Shown: positions 38,936-52,106, counted from the first letter of the whole stretch. The stretch is DNA of 63,945 nucleotides, filler included, from Octopus bimaculoides (GCF_001194135.2; 12 parts of 11 records of this genome joined end to end with filler, not necessarily neighbours in it), one strand, 5' to 3'. Translations and numbers: made by a program. The notes: generated by a model from the sequence alone, not told the origin.

Positions 38936-39583
38936 GAAATGACTACTATTCCCTTCAAACTTTGTTTTTCGGACCTAGACATCAATGTTTTGAAACTGAT
39001 CCATTACATTCCAGACAGATTCAGTGCTGAGACGCTGATGCAGAAATAACATTGTAGCAAATATTCTGTCCGATAACATAAATTCGGTTGTGCCTTAACC
39101 AGTTAAGCATGTCCCTTGTTGGCTGACAATATGTGCATCTCTGATCATGAACAGAAGTAGTTGGGGAGTATCATAGCCATGTGCTGAGAGGGATTCTTTT
39201 AGGTCTGAATAAATGTTACATAATCAAAATTTGAAGGAAATACTAGTCATTTTCCATGTTCTCTAGGGGTAAGCAAATAGTAAATAACAGTTGCTATACA
39301 AGGACAAAAATCATGTTAGTTTTATCAAATCTATCAAGTTGTTGCACCCAGTTCTACATGTTTTGTTGTTGTTGTTGTTGCTCACACATATTCAAAAGCA
39401 GAAAACCAACAGATGGTTTGTTGGGGAATGTAATAGGAGATGTAAACAACATCATTACTTGTAGCCCTTAATTTATGAAGGAATGCAAATGTAAGCAAAC
39501 ACAGACATACACACAGTCATGCATACTCATACATACACCACACATGCTTTACCTACCTACAGACATACCTACATACAAACATA

Positions 39584-39644
<61 letters not shown>

Positions 39645-39756
39645 CAGTTGTAAAAACCATGCCAAAAGAGACAGTGGAACTTGATGCAGTCCTCTGGCTT
39701 ACCAGCTTCTGTCAAAACCATCCAATCCACACCAACTTAGAAGACAGACATACATA

Positions 39757-40170
39757 GGCGCAGGAGTGGCTGTGTGGTAAGTAGCTTGCTTACCAACCAC
39801 ATGGTTCCGGGTTCAGTCCCACTGCGTGTCACCTTGGGCAAGTGTCTTCTACTATAGCCTCGGGCCGACCAAAGCCTTGTGAGTGGATTTGGAAGACGGA
39901 AACTGAAAGAAGCCTGTCGTATATATGTATATATATGTATGTATATGTGTGTGTGTTTGTGTGTCTGTGTTTGTCCCTCCAACATTGCTTGACAACCGAT
40001 GCTGGTGTGTTAATGTCCTCGTCACTTAGCGGCTTGGCAAAAGAGACTGATAGAATAAGTACTAGGCTTACAAAGAATAAGTCCGAGGGTCGATTTGCTC
40101 AACTAAAGGCGGTGCTCCAGCATGGCCGCAGTCAAATGACTGAAACAAATAAATGAGTAAAAAGAGTAAA
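39757..40170 (+). mobile_element. tRNA-derived SINE family A, full length
   Basis: Head ggcgcaggagtggctgtgtggtaag...ggttcagtccc with Pol III box-like motifs, central ccttgggcaagtgtctt, internal microsatellite and A-rich tail. About 10 related copies in the window. Confidence 0.9.
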
Positions 40171-40503
40171 GAGTATATATACTTGTGCAGTCAAATGATA
40201 CACATATATATACTTGTGCAGACACACGCAAATACACACACTCTCTCTCTCACACACACATGCACACATACACACATGCACGCACACGTACAACACAGAA
40301 GTTTTTTTTTCAGTTTCCATCAACCAAATTCACTCACAAGACTTTGATCAGTCCAGAGCTATAGTAGAAGACACTTGCCTGAGGTATCATGCAACAGGAC
40401 TGAACCCAAAACCATACAGTTTGGGAAACAACACTTCTTATCCACACAACGATGTGTGTGCTAATAATTATTCATCTGAGGCTTTCTTTTTTTTTTTTTT
40501 CAG

Positions 40504-40707
40504 GTAAACCACTTCATTACTCACTGGTTCGTGCATTATCAATATAAGCGACTTTACGAGACAACCATACAGCTTCAAAAGGTCCAATCGCTGAAATCGA
40601 TTAGCGAACAAGCTATCTGGGATGACTCTATCATCAGGCAGTCCCATATCATCTTTGACTACAAGTTCTCCGAATTCAGCAATGTGTTCAGTGACTGTGT
40701 CAAATGA
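40504..40707 (+). CDS. Terminal coding exon of unassigned plus-strand gene: VNHFITHWFVHYQYKRLYETTIQLQKVQSLKSISEQAIWDDSIIRQSHIIFDYKFSEFSNVFSDCVK-stop
   Basis: Long poly-T tract plus cag acceptor, then 67 open codons to TGA in phase 0. Continues the 38101-38190 exon. Confidence 0.75.
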   Translation, partial: VNHFITHWFVHYQYKRLYETTIQLQKVQSLKSISEQAIWDDSIIRQSHIIFDYKFSEFSNVFSDCVK

Positions 40708-40869
40708 GGAAGAAAGCAAATATTGATACATGCATTATACACAAACAACATAGCAGATCATAAAAGTCACGTATATATAACACGCACATAGACCATATAT
40801 ATGTATGTGTATATATATGTATGTGTATGTAAATATATATATGTATAAGAGACCAAAGTGTATGGACGC

Positions 40870-41166
40870 CGCTATATTTTTATATATAAAAAATACAAAA
40901 ATGGGACAAAAACGCAAAACATCCAGACAGACAATACAAAGAAAACAAGGAGGGGTCTTTCGGAGTTTTCTTTCCTCAGTCGAGTTCCAGATTATCTTTG
41001 CAATTTCAGCTAGTTATACTCGAAATTGCTCCAATTCGGCCAGCTCCAAGGAATCTAGTGCTCTTGGCTTAGTTTTTCCTTGGAGCAATTTCGAATATAA
41101 CCAGCCGAAATTGCATAGATAATCTTGAACTCGACTGAGGAAAGAAAACTCCGAAAGACCCCTCCT
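40870..41166. mobile_element. Interspersed repeat containing a long hairpin (related copy at ~60160-60560)
   Basis: Shares aatgggacaa.aacgcaaaacatccag...gttttctttcctcagtcgagttccagattatc with the 60160 region. Here ~85-bp arms fold back. Confidence 0.75.
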
Positions 41167-41420
41167 NNNNNNNNNNNNNNNNNNNNNNNNNNNNNNNNNN
41201 NNNNNNNNNNTTAATTAATTAANNNNNNNNNNNNNNNNNNNNNNNNNNNNNNNNNNNNNNNNNNNNATATGGGATTACGTCTTCATAAATGAAACTTCCC
41301 CAATACTAAACAGGAAATATACATAGTAGATATCATACCCCATACCCACAGTTTACACAGGTAGAGTAGAATAGTTAGTGGGCTGTTATGTAGATAGATG
41401 TATGTATGTGTGTGTGAGTG

Positions 41421-41460
<40 letters not shown>

Positions 41461-41731
41461 TTGATGTATGTATGTGTGTGTGGGTAGGGGTATGAATATA
41501 TATATGTATATGCACATGTATGTAAGCCTGTGGATATGAAAGTAAACAGATCAACACACAGATGGATAGTTACATAGGTTATATGAACAAACAAGCACGC
41601 ATACGCAAATGACTACTGAAACACATGACCATATATACACACACTTTATTTCAAACAAGGACACATATGGAGACACACGTTCACACATATGAAGATGCAC
41701 ATCCATACATACAAACACGGTACATAGTTGC

Positions 41732-41770
<39 letters not shown>

Positions 41771-41962
41771 AGACATGCACACGCAAGGAGACAGCGGTAC
41801 ACACATATACAAATATACACACGCACATACATAAAAACACACAAACACAGACATGCAAACACATGAATATGCAGAATACATACATACAAATGTACACACA
41901 TAAATAGATACATATGCANNNNNNNNNNACATACAAATGTACACACATAAATAGATACATAT

Positions 41963-42009
<47 letters not shown>

Positions 42010-42444
42010 TACACACATGTATACATACATGCATGCATGTATAGGCACACACACATACACATACACACTGATCCACACACATGTGCACAAACAAACAAAA
42101 AGGAATGCAGTGTGAGTAACGGACAGAATCAAAACTACTGAAAAAGTTGTCAGACGCAACAAAAATTTTAGAAAAATAAAAAAGAAATAAGTGGAAATTT
42201 TACCGGTGAGTGTGTTAAATTATAAGGCACCAAAAGAGAATGACTCTCCCCAGACACAACAGAATATGCTTCAACACACGAACTCACATAAAGAATCCTG
42301 CAAGCCAAATCCCAAAACAAAATATATATATATATATATAATGATATATATGTGTATACATAATTAAAAATAACATCATTATAAAAATAACAACCCTATC
42401 AGTGGCCAGCATGTAATAAGAACCATTATCATCATCATCATCAT

Positions 42445-42590
42445 CGTTTAACGTCCGCTTTCCATGCTAGCATGGGTTGGACGATTTGACTGAGGACTGG
42501 TGAAACCGGATGGCAACACCAGGCTCCAATCTAATTTGGCAGAGTTTCTACAGCTGGATGCCCTTCCTAATGCCAACCACTCAGAGAGGT
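42445..42590 (-). mobile_element. SINE family E with (TGA)n tail
   Basis: Reverse complement of 55910-56060. Confidence 0.85.
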
Positions 42591-42927
42591 AAAAATTAAT
42601 ATAGATATAATTATAACGTTGGTGCTGTTTCTCAGTACACTTAATTATAATTATATGTATATAATTATATATCTATATTAATTATTACCTATAAGGATTT
42701 TATTATATGCTGGCCACTGATAGGACCGTTATTTTCATAATGATTTTATCCTTAATTATGTATACACATATATATATATAATTTATTCACTCCGATCATT
42801 ATATCCACTGCGGTATTATTTTGATCAAATAAGCACATGGTTGACATGAATAATGGGATTTGCCTCGTATATACGTGTGTATATATGTATATATATATAT
42901 ATATATATAAGTATATATTATATAGAA

Positions 42928-43748
42928 AAATGCGAGCAAGAGAAATAATATTCTTAAGATTATAAATCTGGAAAATTACAGGACAAATTATTACATTTGG
43001 AAAAGTTCAGGACAAGTTATTACATCTGGTAAGGTACAGAACAAGAAATTTTTTACTTAAAATATTGCAGCTAAGGATAAAATTTTAAATTAAATATTTA
43101 GATTTAGAAAATACCAACTTTTATTAAAACTAAAAATTTTATTACAAGTTATTGCTTCTATAATTTATTGCTTGTTACTTCTATTAAAAATAAAAAATAA
43201 CTTAAATATTTTTTGCACTTAAAAAACATTCATTTTTAATTATTAATCAATAATTAGAAATTTGAAAATAGGTTATAAGAAATAATGGTAGTACATACTT
43301 AGTACAATAAGTAGAATAATACAAAAATTAATTATATATTACAGTAAAATCTACCTATAACAACAAATTCACAGTAAAATTTGCTCGAGTTATTGCCAAG
43401 ACTTCACATTTTTAGTCTTGAACAATGCCTATTTTTTACATAATGAATTTGCCTACCATACATACTATTCTACTTTGCATAAAACTTTAGCTATATTGGT
43501 ACTCCTGGCTCTCATATTTTAAGTATTCTAGTGTGCTGATATTTTAACAAAATAATAGTACCTTCTCTAATTATAATGTTACTTTGTAAATTAAAATCAA
43601 ATAGTTTTTTTTAATATTCAAATTTTATCCTTAACTGCAATATTTTAAGTAAAAATTTTCTTGTTCTGTACTTTACCAGATGTAATAACTTGTCCTGAAC
43701 TTTTCCAGGTTAATAATCTTAAGAATATTATTTCTCTTGCTCGCATTT
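42928..43748. mobile_element. AT-rich MITE with ~140-170-bp terminal inverted repeats
   Basis: aaatgcgagcaagagaaataatattcttaagattat... pairs with ...ataatcttaagaatattatttctcttgctcgcattt. The left arm has a short internal duplication. Confidence 0.8.
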
Positions 43749-45067
43749 GTAGGCAGCACTAATTGAAACAGATTCGCAAGTCCACAGAAATATTCGTTGG
43801 TAGTCAACGACGGTTATCTCTCCTGATCGAACAATCTAGAATATTTCAGAACATTCCAGGCAAACATGGTTAACTCCTACTTCGCTAATTTACCAGAGGC
43901 ATAACTGGAGGTCGCTAGTAGCACATCGCCTATTTAAGCGTGAACACCCGTTCAAAACAACCTCTCTTCACTAACTGCTTCTTCGAGACGCGACAAGGTC
44001 CACCGCGATCACAAGAGAGCCAGGCACATGAATTCAATATTTAATTTCCTACCAGTAGCTCGCCATGGTATTCTACGCCTAGTGCCAGTGGAAAAGTAAA
44101 TCTCGTAGTTTGATTCACTTCTATTTACTCACTGTACGCGTTCATTTGTCACGCATCTGAACAAAACTTTGAACTTGAAGTTATTCGCACAGAACGAGTG
44201 TTGTCGCTATTTATTGCCCAAAGGTATTTCATTGTTATTGGATTAATGATTCAGTTCAATTATTAAAGTGTTGACGTTTTTATTAGCAACCTTCCTCGCT
44301 AAATATCTTTCCGTCTAATTCATGTTTTTTCCAGGCTATGCTATTATGCTAATAAATAATATGTCAAATGTGTCAATTAGCGGTGTCGTTCATAATTTTT
44401 TTTCCTTACCTTAATGATGCTGGTGACATATATTAAAAGTCCTCGAGAATTATATTCATAAAAGTGTAGAACTATATTATTACCCTCAAATTTGAGAAAC
44501 AAACACTCATAACTTTTTTCTTTTTAAACTTCATTGCATGAGATTGATACCATGAAATTCTTCGAATTGAATTCTATCATTTAAGTTTAATTAAAATATA
44601 GTTTGTTTTTGAAATAAAGAAATTAATTATACTTCAATCCAATTTTCTGCCTTACTTATACTTTTTTCATGATATTTTACCTCATAACTTTTTTGATACA
44701 AATTTTTGTTGCATGGGACCAAAACTATGAAATGCTTCACGCTTTCTTCTACCATTGAAGCTAAGATAAATATATTTTGCTTTTAAAATAAAAAAGTTAT
44801 TTAGATCTAAACTTGATTGGTGGCGTTACTTACTCTCCTATAACGTGCTACAAATTTTGATGTACCAAATCTAAATTTTTTTAATGCCAAAATGTAGCTA
44901 GAGACCAGTGCTCTTCATAAATGTTAACGGTGTTCCATTTGGTTAAGAATTGAATTAGCGACAAGCTCTGAAGATGCTGCGTGTGAGTATATTGCGGCCT
45001 TAAGAATACTGTTATTCGACTACTACCAAAGTTGAATGATATGTACGTATTTGTATGGGTATGTATG

Positions 45068-45098
<31 letters not shown>

Positions 45099-46472
45099 NN
45101 NNNNNNNNNNNNNNNNNNNNNNNNNNNNNNNNNNNNNNNNNNTTAATTAATTAANNNNNNNNNNNNNNNNNNNNNNNNNNNNNNNNNNNNNNNNNNNNCC
45201 CCCCCCCCCCCCGTCGTTGTTGCTACTGCTGCAATCCCCATCTTTTATGCTTCCAGCAATCAGCAGGTATTGTAGATCACCATGGTTACTAGCCTCATTA
45301 TCTTCACCTTCCTTCCAAAAAAACAAAAAAAAAGATAAAGAGAAGATGGAGAAGTAGCAAGATTTGAAGAGATGATCCAAAAGATTGTACTGTGCCTGAC
45401 ATTAGAAACCTGTCCTTTTTGTTGTGGTTGCTGTCGTTGTTTGTGGAGCAGAGAAGCTGGGCAAAATGTTCAGATAAATATAACAGAGAACTGTAGAGCT
45501 GTTAGTAATCAGATGTTAGAGCAGAAAAGCATTATGCCTTGAGGATTAAAAGGTTATTTGAATTGGTGAATAGAGTGTGTATGTAAATACCGGATGTCTA
45601 TTTTGGACAGAGTATACTCCACAAATGGAAAGATGGTCAATTAACCAAAAGATATTGGTTGCTGTTGTGGTTTAGCTCCAGGTATCTATTAAGGTAAGCT
45701 AGTTTCCATCATGTAAGGCACTCTGGTTCAAAGATACTTTCATGAAGACTGCATATAAAGGCAGCTAACCATTGTCCACTTGTAAAGACAAGAAAAAGAA
45801 GAAAAAATATTGGTAAAAAAAGTTAGATGTGTATAAAGAACTAGAAAGTTTGGAGCGCACAGGCTGAAAGTTCCACTTCAATACAAGTCTTTTATTGTGT
45901 AACAGAGTAGGGCACATTTCCTCTGTCCATTGTAATTTTTAGTAAGAATCTTTTGTTAACCTATTTTTTTTCAAACAAAATCTTAATGATGCAAAAAATA
46001 AAAAATAATAATTTTAATTATGTTACTTAACTTTCTCCAAATTCTTGATTATTTTCAAAATTAATCGAAGCTTATGGACAATATTATTTCAGTTAGCAGT
46101 TCAAATTCATGTCATGCATAACTTTTTTTTTTGTCTGAAATCTGATACCTGGTTATGAGGTGGCCACTGACAGGAAAACCTGATGGAGATGATGCAAATA
46201 ATGCCCCCTGATGAGCGATGATGAAGAGAGTTGTGTGAGAGCAGTTATTAGATACCAAATCCTTTGACATTCACAATAGGATGGGTGATGGTGATGATAA
46301 TGATGGCAGTAGTGATGGTGGTGGTGATGCCGGCAGTGGCAAGAATAAAAAAAAATATGAGCTACAAAGAAATGTAATTGTTTATCATTCATTTTAATGT
46401 CAGCAGTCTCCACTACTCATTATTATTGTCAAAGTCATTGATGTTGCTAGATAGGATGTAGCAGCAATGAAC

Positions 46473-47337
46473 TTTAGAGGCCAGCTTTTGCTTCCCCACT
46501 ACTATTGTTCTATATCACATTGGTGTATCTCAGAGATAATGCGTTATGGCCTTCACATCACCTGGGCAGCAGTTTTTGCAGGTTTCTCTGTGCACGCACA
46601 GGCACTCAAGGCAGCATCTTTAGTTCCATAGAGAAATATATTTAGAAGCTTCAGTATTGAACCTTGACTTTATTCACTGCTGCGGTAAACCGACATGTGG
46701 AACAGAATACATGTTTATGCCAACAAGAGAGCCTCGGTGCAGTCACTCATCCTGCTAGAAATAGCAACCAGATCTTCATCACATTTGTTTCAAAAGAAAA
46801 ATACACTGAGTAACATGATTCTTGGTCCATTGTGCTAAGACAAAAGACAAGATGGCCACAGCTAGGATGTTTTTGATTATAAGTCTTTTCAACTTAATAT
46901 TTTGGGTTAATAGTTGGAGGTTTGTTTCTTTCTATGATCTGTTTGCTGCTCAATATTTTACCTTATATTCTTCAATAAAACTTGAACCCATGTACTGGCA
47001 GACCATTGATGTTACTGTTTTGCAGCACCGCACTTGTATGTTTGTCTCTAGTCAAGCCAACAGAGCCAGCTTAGTCTGTTAAAAATAATAACCAAATATT
47101 TCCTTTGATTCACTTCCTGCTGTCTTAAAATGGAAAGAAATATATCTATAGTCTAGTCTTTAGAGGCCAGCTTTTGCTTCCCCAGTACTATTGTTCTATA
47201 TCACATTGGTATCTCAGAGATAATGCGTTATGGCCTTCACTTCACCTGGGCAGCAATTTTTGCAGGTTTCTCTGTGCACACACAGGCACTCAAGGCAGCG
47301 TCTTTAGTTCCATAGAGAAAAATGTTTAGAAGCTTCA
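46473..47337 (+). repeat. ~180-bp direct repeat pair (46473-46653 / 47159-47337)
   Basis: More than 90% identical by eye; period 686 bp. Confidence 0.9.
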
Positions 47338-48239
47338 TTCAGTATGTTGAGATGGTCATGACTTGAACACTGTTTTAGCCATATGACTGCTCAAATAAGC
47401 TGAGTTAGGATCTAACAACTTGTATCCTGTGGAGTCAACAGGGTTTCTGATAACTTTACTGATCAGCATCTGTTAAGATCACATCCTGATACTTGTGTGG
47501 TTTAAACACACCTGAAGCATCAGTGGTAAATTTGAACTTATTATTTCTGCCTTTGATTGGTTTTTGAACTACTGTCATTATAGCTTAGCTGGAGTAACGG
47601 CAGCACAGATTGTAAATCTGTGGAACAGCACCATCACAGACTATTGGTAAACTCCTTCTCTTCTCTTGGATCTTCATACTCAATGCTTTGTGCCAATGTT
47701 GTAAACTTGTCCCCCCCCCCTCTTTCTCTTTTCCTCTGCAAAGTTGGTTAATTGTCAAACATATCCACTCGTTTATTCAGTACCTTAAATGACAAGGGAG
47801 GAGAAAGAAAATTATTAAATTGAATTTATTTCATTGGGGAGAAAAAGGGGAGCTGGAGGGGGGGGGGTGAATTCCAGTATAGTGTTAATTCAATGCTGAA
47901 GGGTAAAAAGCTGATCAACTTTCAATAGTCTCTCATATACACACACGTATATAATTGAAAATATGTACATGTATGTATATATACATTTATGTTTTCATGT
48001 GTTGTTACACGATCTTTGATGTACGTACATGTGTGTGTATTGAAACACTCATTCTTAAACCTTTATATACATACATTCCAATGCTATTTCATTGTATGAA
48101 TGCATGCATATATACCCTGTTGCATTTGATACACACTGTTATTGTTATACAGTTGTAACATACACATCCAGTCACAATTGTAAACGCATACTGATGCAGT
48201 TGCAGAGAACACATGCTTCCTCTTCTATTTTTGTAGCCT

Positions 48240-48274
<35 letters not shown>

Positions 48275-48650
48275 NNNNNNNNNNNNNNNNNNNNNNNNNN
48301 NNNNNNNNNNNNNNNNNNTTAATTAATTAANNNNNNNNNNNNNNNNNNNNNNNNNNNNNNNNNNNNNNNNNNNNAGAGATAGTAGTAGTAACGGTGAGAG
48401 GCGAAGGACGAGTAACACGAGATAGAGAGAGAGAGAGAGAAGTAGTGACAGGTAGAGGCGAAGAACAGTAGAGGGAAGAATGAGAGGGGGAGATAGAATT
48501 AGAGAGAGTCGCGTTAGAAAAATAGTTAAAACTTACTGTATAAAGGTAACGCGTGCGTTCTGTCGTGATACAAACAATATATGAGTATATGCATATATAT
48601 GTACATGTATGTATATACGTTCATCCACATGTACATATAGATACATAACT

Positions 48651-48707
48651 GGGTTAGGGTTAGGGTTAGGGTTATGGTTAGGGTTAGGGTTAGGGTTAGG
48701 GTTAGGG
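48651..48707 (+). repeat. Interstitial telomeric repeat, about 9 x TTAGGG with one TTATGG variant
   Basis: Directly visible. Confidence 0.95.
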
Positions 48708-48876
48708 TGGCTGAGGGCATAGCTGAGATATTTTTAAACCCTGTATTCTACAAACTTTATGTACTTTGAGTTTCACTGTTAATAAGCAAAAACATTATTT
48801 CATTACTCGAAGGTTCTAAACTCTTACAAAGTAGAAAAAACTTATAATAGACTTGTGTAAGAAAAATTCTTCTCTC

Positions 48877-48944
<68 letters not shown>

Positions 48945-49773
48945 GTAGGTATGTATGTATCTACATATATAAATGTGTGTGCGTTTGCTTAATAACTATT
49001 CAATGGCCTAGTTCACATAGCTTTTAATAAGTACTGCCTTGTAAAAACAAGTTGTGACCACTAGCAAATTGACAATTGTCGATTTAAATCACTAATACTT
49101 CTACGAGTATTTGGTTGGACCTCGATTTTCAAATCCTTCTCTCCTTATGTTATATCTCAGTGTTCGGAGTCATCTCATCAAGCACCAACAATTCAGAGAA
49201 ACCATCTCATCTTTATTCAACAGGTTTCCTCGCTTGTAGGCATTAACGAATGCCTCTCATTTTTCAAGTTGAACTTTCCTTCTTTAACATGCTTGCGATT
49301 TAGCAGCCCCTGTTTTATTGTTTCTTCTCTTTATTTCGCTTTTCAAATTTTCAACGCTCTTTCTACTTTTCAGATTTGCCAATGTTCTAGTTGTCTTCAC
49401 TTCTCCCATTCAGTTTGAAGGTAGATACATTCTTTCTAATTCAATATAATAATCGACATCAGCAAAGCAGTGAGCTTTCGGAATCGTTGGCACACCATGC
49501 AAAATACTGAGCGGCATTTCTTCTGGCTTTACGTTCTAAATTCAAATTCCCCTGAGGATTTAAAAATTTTTTTCTATTCATGGTACCTACTTTTTTCTCA
49601 CATGTATATCACAATTTCTTTCGCCGTCTCTCCCACTTTCATTCAATACACACACCTCTCAATTTCCCCCACACTCACATATCGTTTCGTATTCCGTTCT
49701 CACTTCGTTTATTTGACATGCACACACGCTTTTATTTTTAAATAAGTTAGTAAAGGAGGATTAACAGTATCCA

Positions 49774-50359
49774 TGGCCTTTGGAGGTCTTCCTAAACTGG
49801 TGAGATTGATGCTATTAATACCAAGTTTGAAAAGAAAAACATGGAAAAAGAGGGACCAGAATCTAGGTTCAATGGTCGCAACAGAGTGATTTCTAGTAAA
49901 TGCACGAAATAACCAGGCAATTCTGTCATTTAGCTCCAGTACAAACTTGACCCAGCAAAACGACGATCAACAGTAATTATCTTATCTAGTAGCTAGCTTA
50001 GTACTGTCTTTAAGACGATGTTGTCCGATGTGTTACTTGAGTCGAGGGCGATTTGACAGCAATTTCTAGCCGGTCGTGCTACCAGATATAAGTCCCTTCG
50101 TTAACTTGAGGTAGTAACGTTGACAGTACTTGTCCTCAATCGCCACACACACACACACACACACTTGCATCATACTTCAGTGTTGTTGATAACCACTAAG
50201 AACATAAAATATATCATTGAATCAGGTTATTTTCGCTCTGTTGTTAGCATCAAGCCTTCGATGTCTTTACCTAAATATTTGGGCTCAGTCTCTTTATCTA
50301 AAGGCTGGGGTTTCTGTGAGCTACCTGGCTAAAACATTTTCTCTTTCTCTCCTTTACTC

Positions 50360-50398
<39 letters not shown>

Positions 50399-51548
50399 GC
50401 GCGCATTTTGTGGGGCATATATACGCATTCTTATTTGTGAATATCAACTATCTATCTTCCTCGCTGCTTGTGTACTGACTTATCTAAGCATGTACTCATC
50501 CTGAAATTTTTAATATGACTCATTCAGTTATCCACTGAAATACTTTATTATCGGTTCCGCTGTCACAATGAAGACCTTATCTATGTCTTTAAATCTCTAC
50601 CTAATTAAATTTGCTCACCCTTCCTACCCAAAACTAATTCTCTTTCACTTAGTAGCCACCCCTTTTTCTTCGCCTTTTCTGCCTCGCGGGAAATGTGTAG
50701 CTGTGTGAGAGGGGGCTCTGTGTTAGTGAGTGCGTGAGTGAAGAATACTAAAAATATAGTAGAACGAATTTTCTCTGCATTCTGAATGTTATAAGTAATA
50801 GTGAGTGAAAAGAAGTGAATCTTGAACATGAAAATCATATTCCCACAGTATATGTAAGTCCTGTGGGCTTCAAGTAATGTCAATTTGTATCTCAAACACC
50901 ACATGCGCTTTAGTTTTTGATAGGATGGAGGGTGAAAATAATTGACACAAAGTTACAAAACCTAAAACATATTATGCCAAATAAACATATCGAAACATCT
51001 GCAAGTTATCTTTAATAAAGTGAGCATTAAAATGCTAATATGAAGTAATTATATTATAGGTAAATATCAACATTGGTGCTCCAGCGTGGCCACTGTACAA
51101 TGACTGAAATAAGTAAAAGATAAATGCTATAACTAATATCAATATTCCTTACACTTTTCGGCACGTACGGAATGCGTACGTGCCGAAATGATTGAATTTT
51201 GGTAAGAACGGAAGGAAATTCTGTGCGGGTTTCCGTTTTTATGCCAAACATCCTATATTTTGGACTTGAAATAGTAATAAAAGAGACACTGAGTAAATAT
51301 AAAATGTCTTAAAGACTGTATTAAACTAGCTACTAGATAATATAATTACTGTTGATCGCCGATTTGCTGGGTCAAGTTTGTACTGGAACTTAATGACAGA
51401 ATTACCTGGTTATTTCATGTAATTACGAGAAATCACTCTGTTGCGACCATTGAGCCTGGATTCTAGTCCCTCTATTTCCACGTTTTTCTTTTCAGACTGG
51501 GTATTAACTGCATCAATCTCACCAGCTTAGGATGACCTCCAAAGGCCA
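49774..51548. repeat. ~243-bp inverted repeat pair (49774-50016 / 51306-51548) around a 1.29-kb spacer
   Basis: Manual alignment, roughly 85% identity. Confidence 0.88.
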
Positions 51549-52070
51549 CATTATATATATATATATATATATATATAAATGCGTTTATTATAGTAGTTTG
51601 ACTTTAGAGTCCCTCTTAGCGTGAGGCATTTATGTATAGTAATGCCCTTATATAAATAAATATATTCATAGGGAATAAATGATGGTTTCTTTCCCTTATG
51701 AGGTTTTTNNNNNNNNNNNNNNNNNNNNNNNNNNNNNNNNNNNNNNNNNNNNNNNNNNNNNNNNNNNNNNNNNNNNNNNNNNNNNNNNNNNNNNNNNNNN
51801 NNNNNNNNNNNNNNNNNNNNNNNNNNNNNNNNNNNNNNNNNNNNNNNNNNNNNNNNNNNNNNNNNNNNNNNNNNNNNNNNNNNNNNNNNNNNNNNNNNNN
51901 NNNNNNNNNNNNNNNNNNNNNNNNNNNNNNNNNNNNNNNNNNNNNNNNNNNNNNNNNNNNNNNNNNNNNNNNNNNNNNNNNNNNNNNNNNNNNNNNNNNN
52001 NNNNNNNNNNNNNNNNNNNNNNNNNNNNNNNNNNNNNNNNNNNNNNNNNNNNNNNNNNNNNNNNNNNNNN

Positions 52071-52106
<36 letters not shown>

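Noticed and set aside
40468-40731. Minus ORF beginning ...SFDTVTEHIAEFGE, resembling an SLC22 N-terminus (FDxxLxxxGEFG)
   Set aside because: No TM1 follows and there is no good donor. It is the mirror frame of the plus-strand terminal exon, so it is most likely coincidence.
43748-44220. Solo LTR (TG start, TATA-like ctatttaag)
   Set aside because: No defined CA end, TSD or second copy could be identified.
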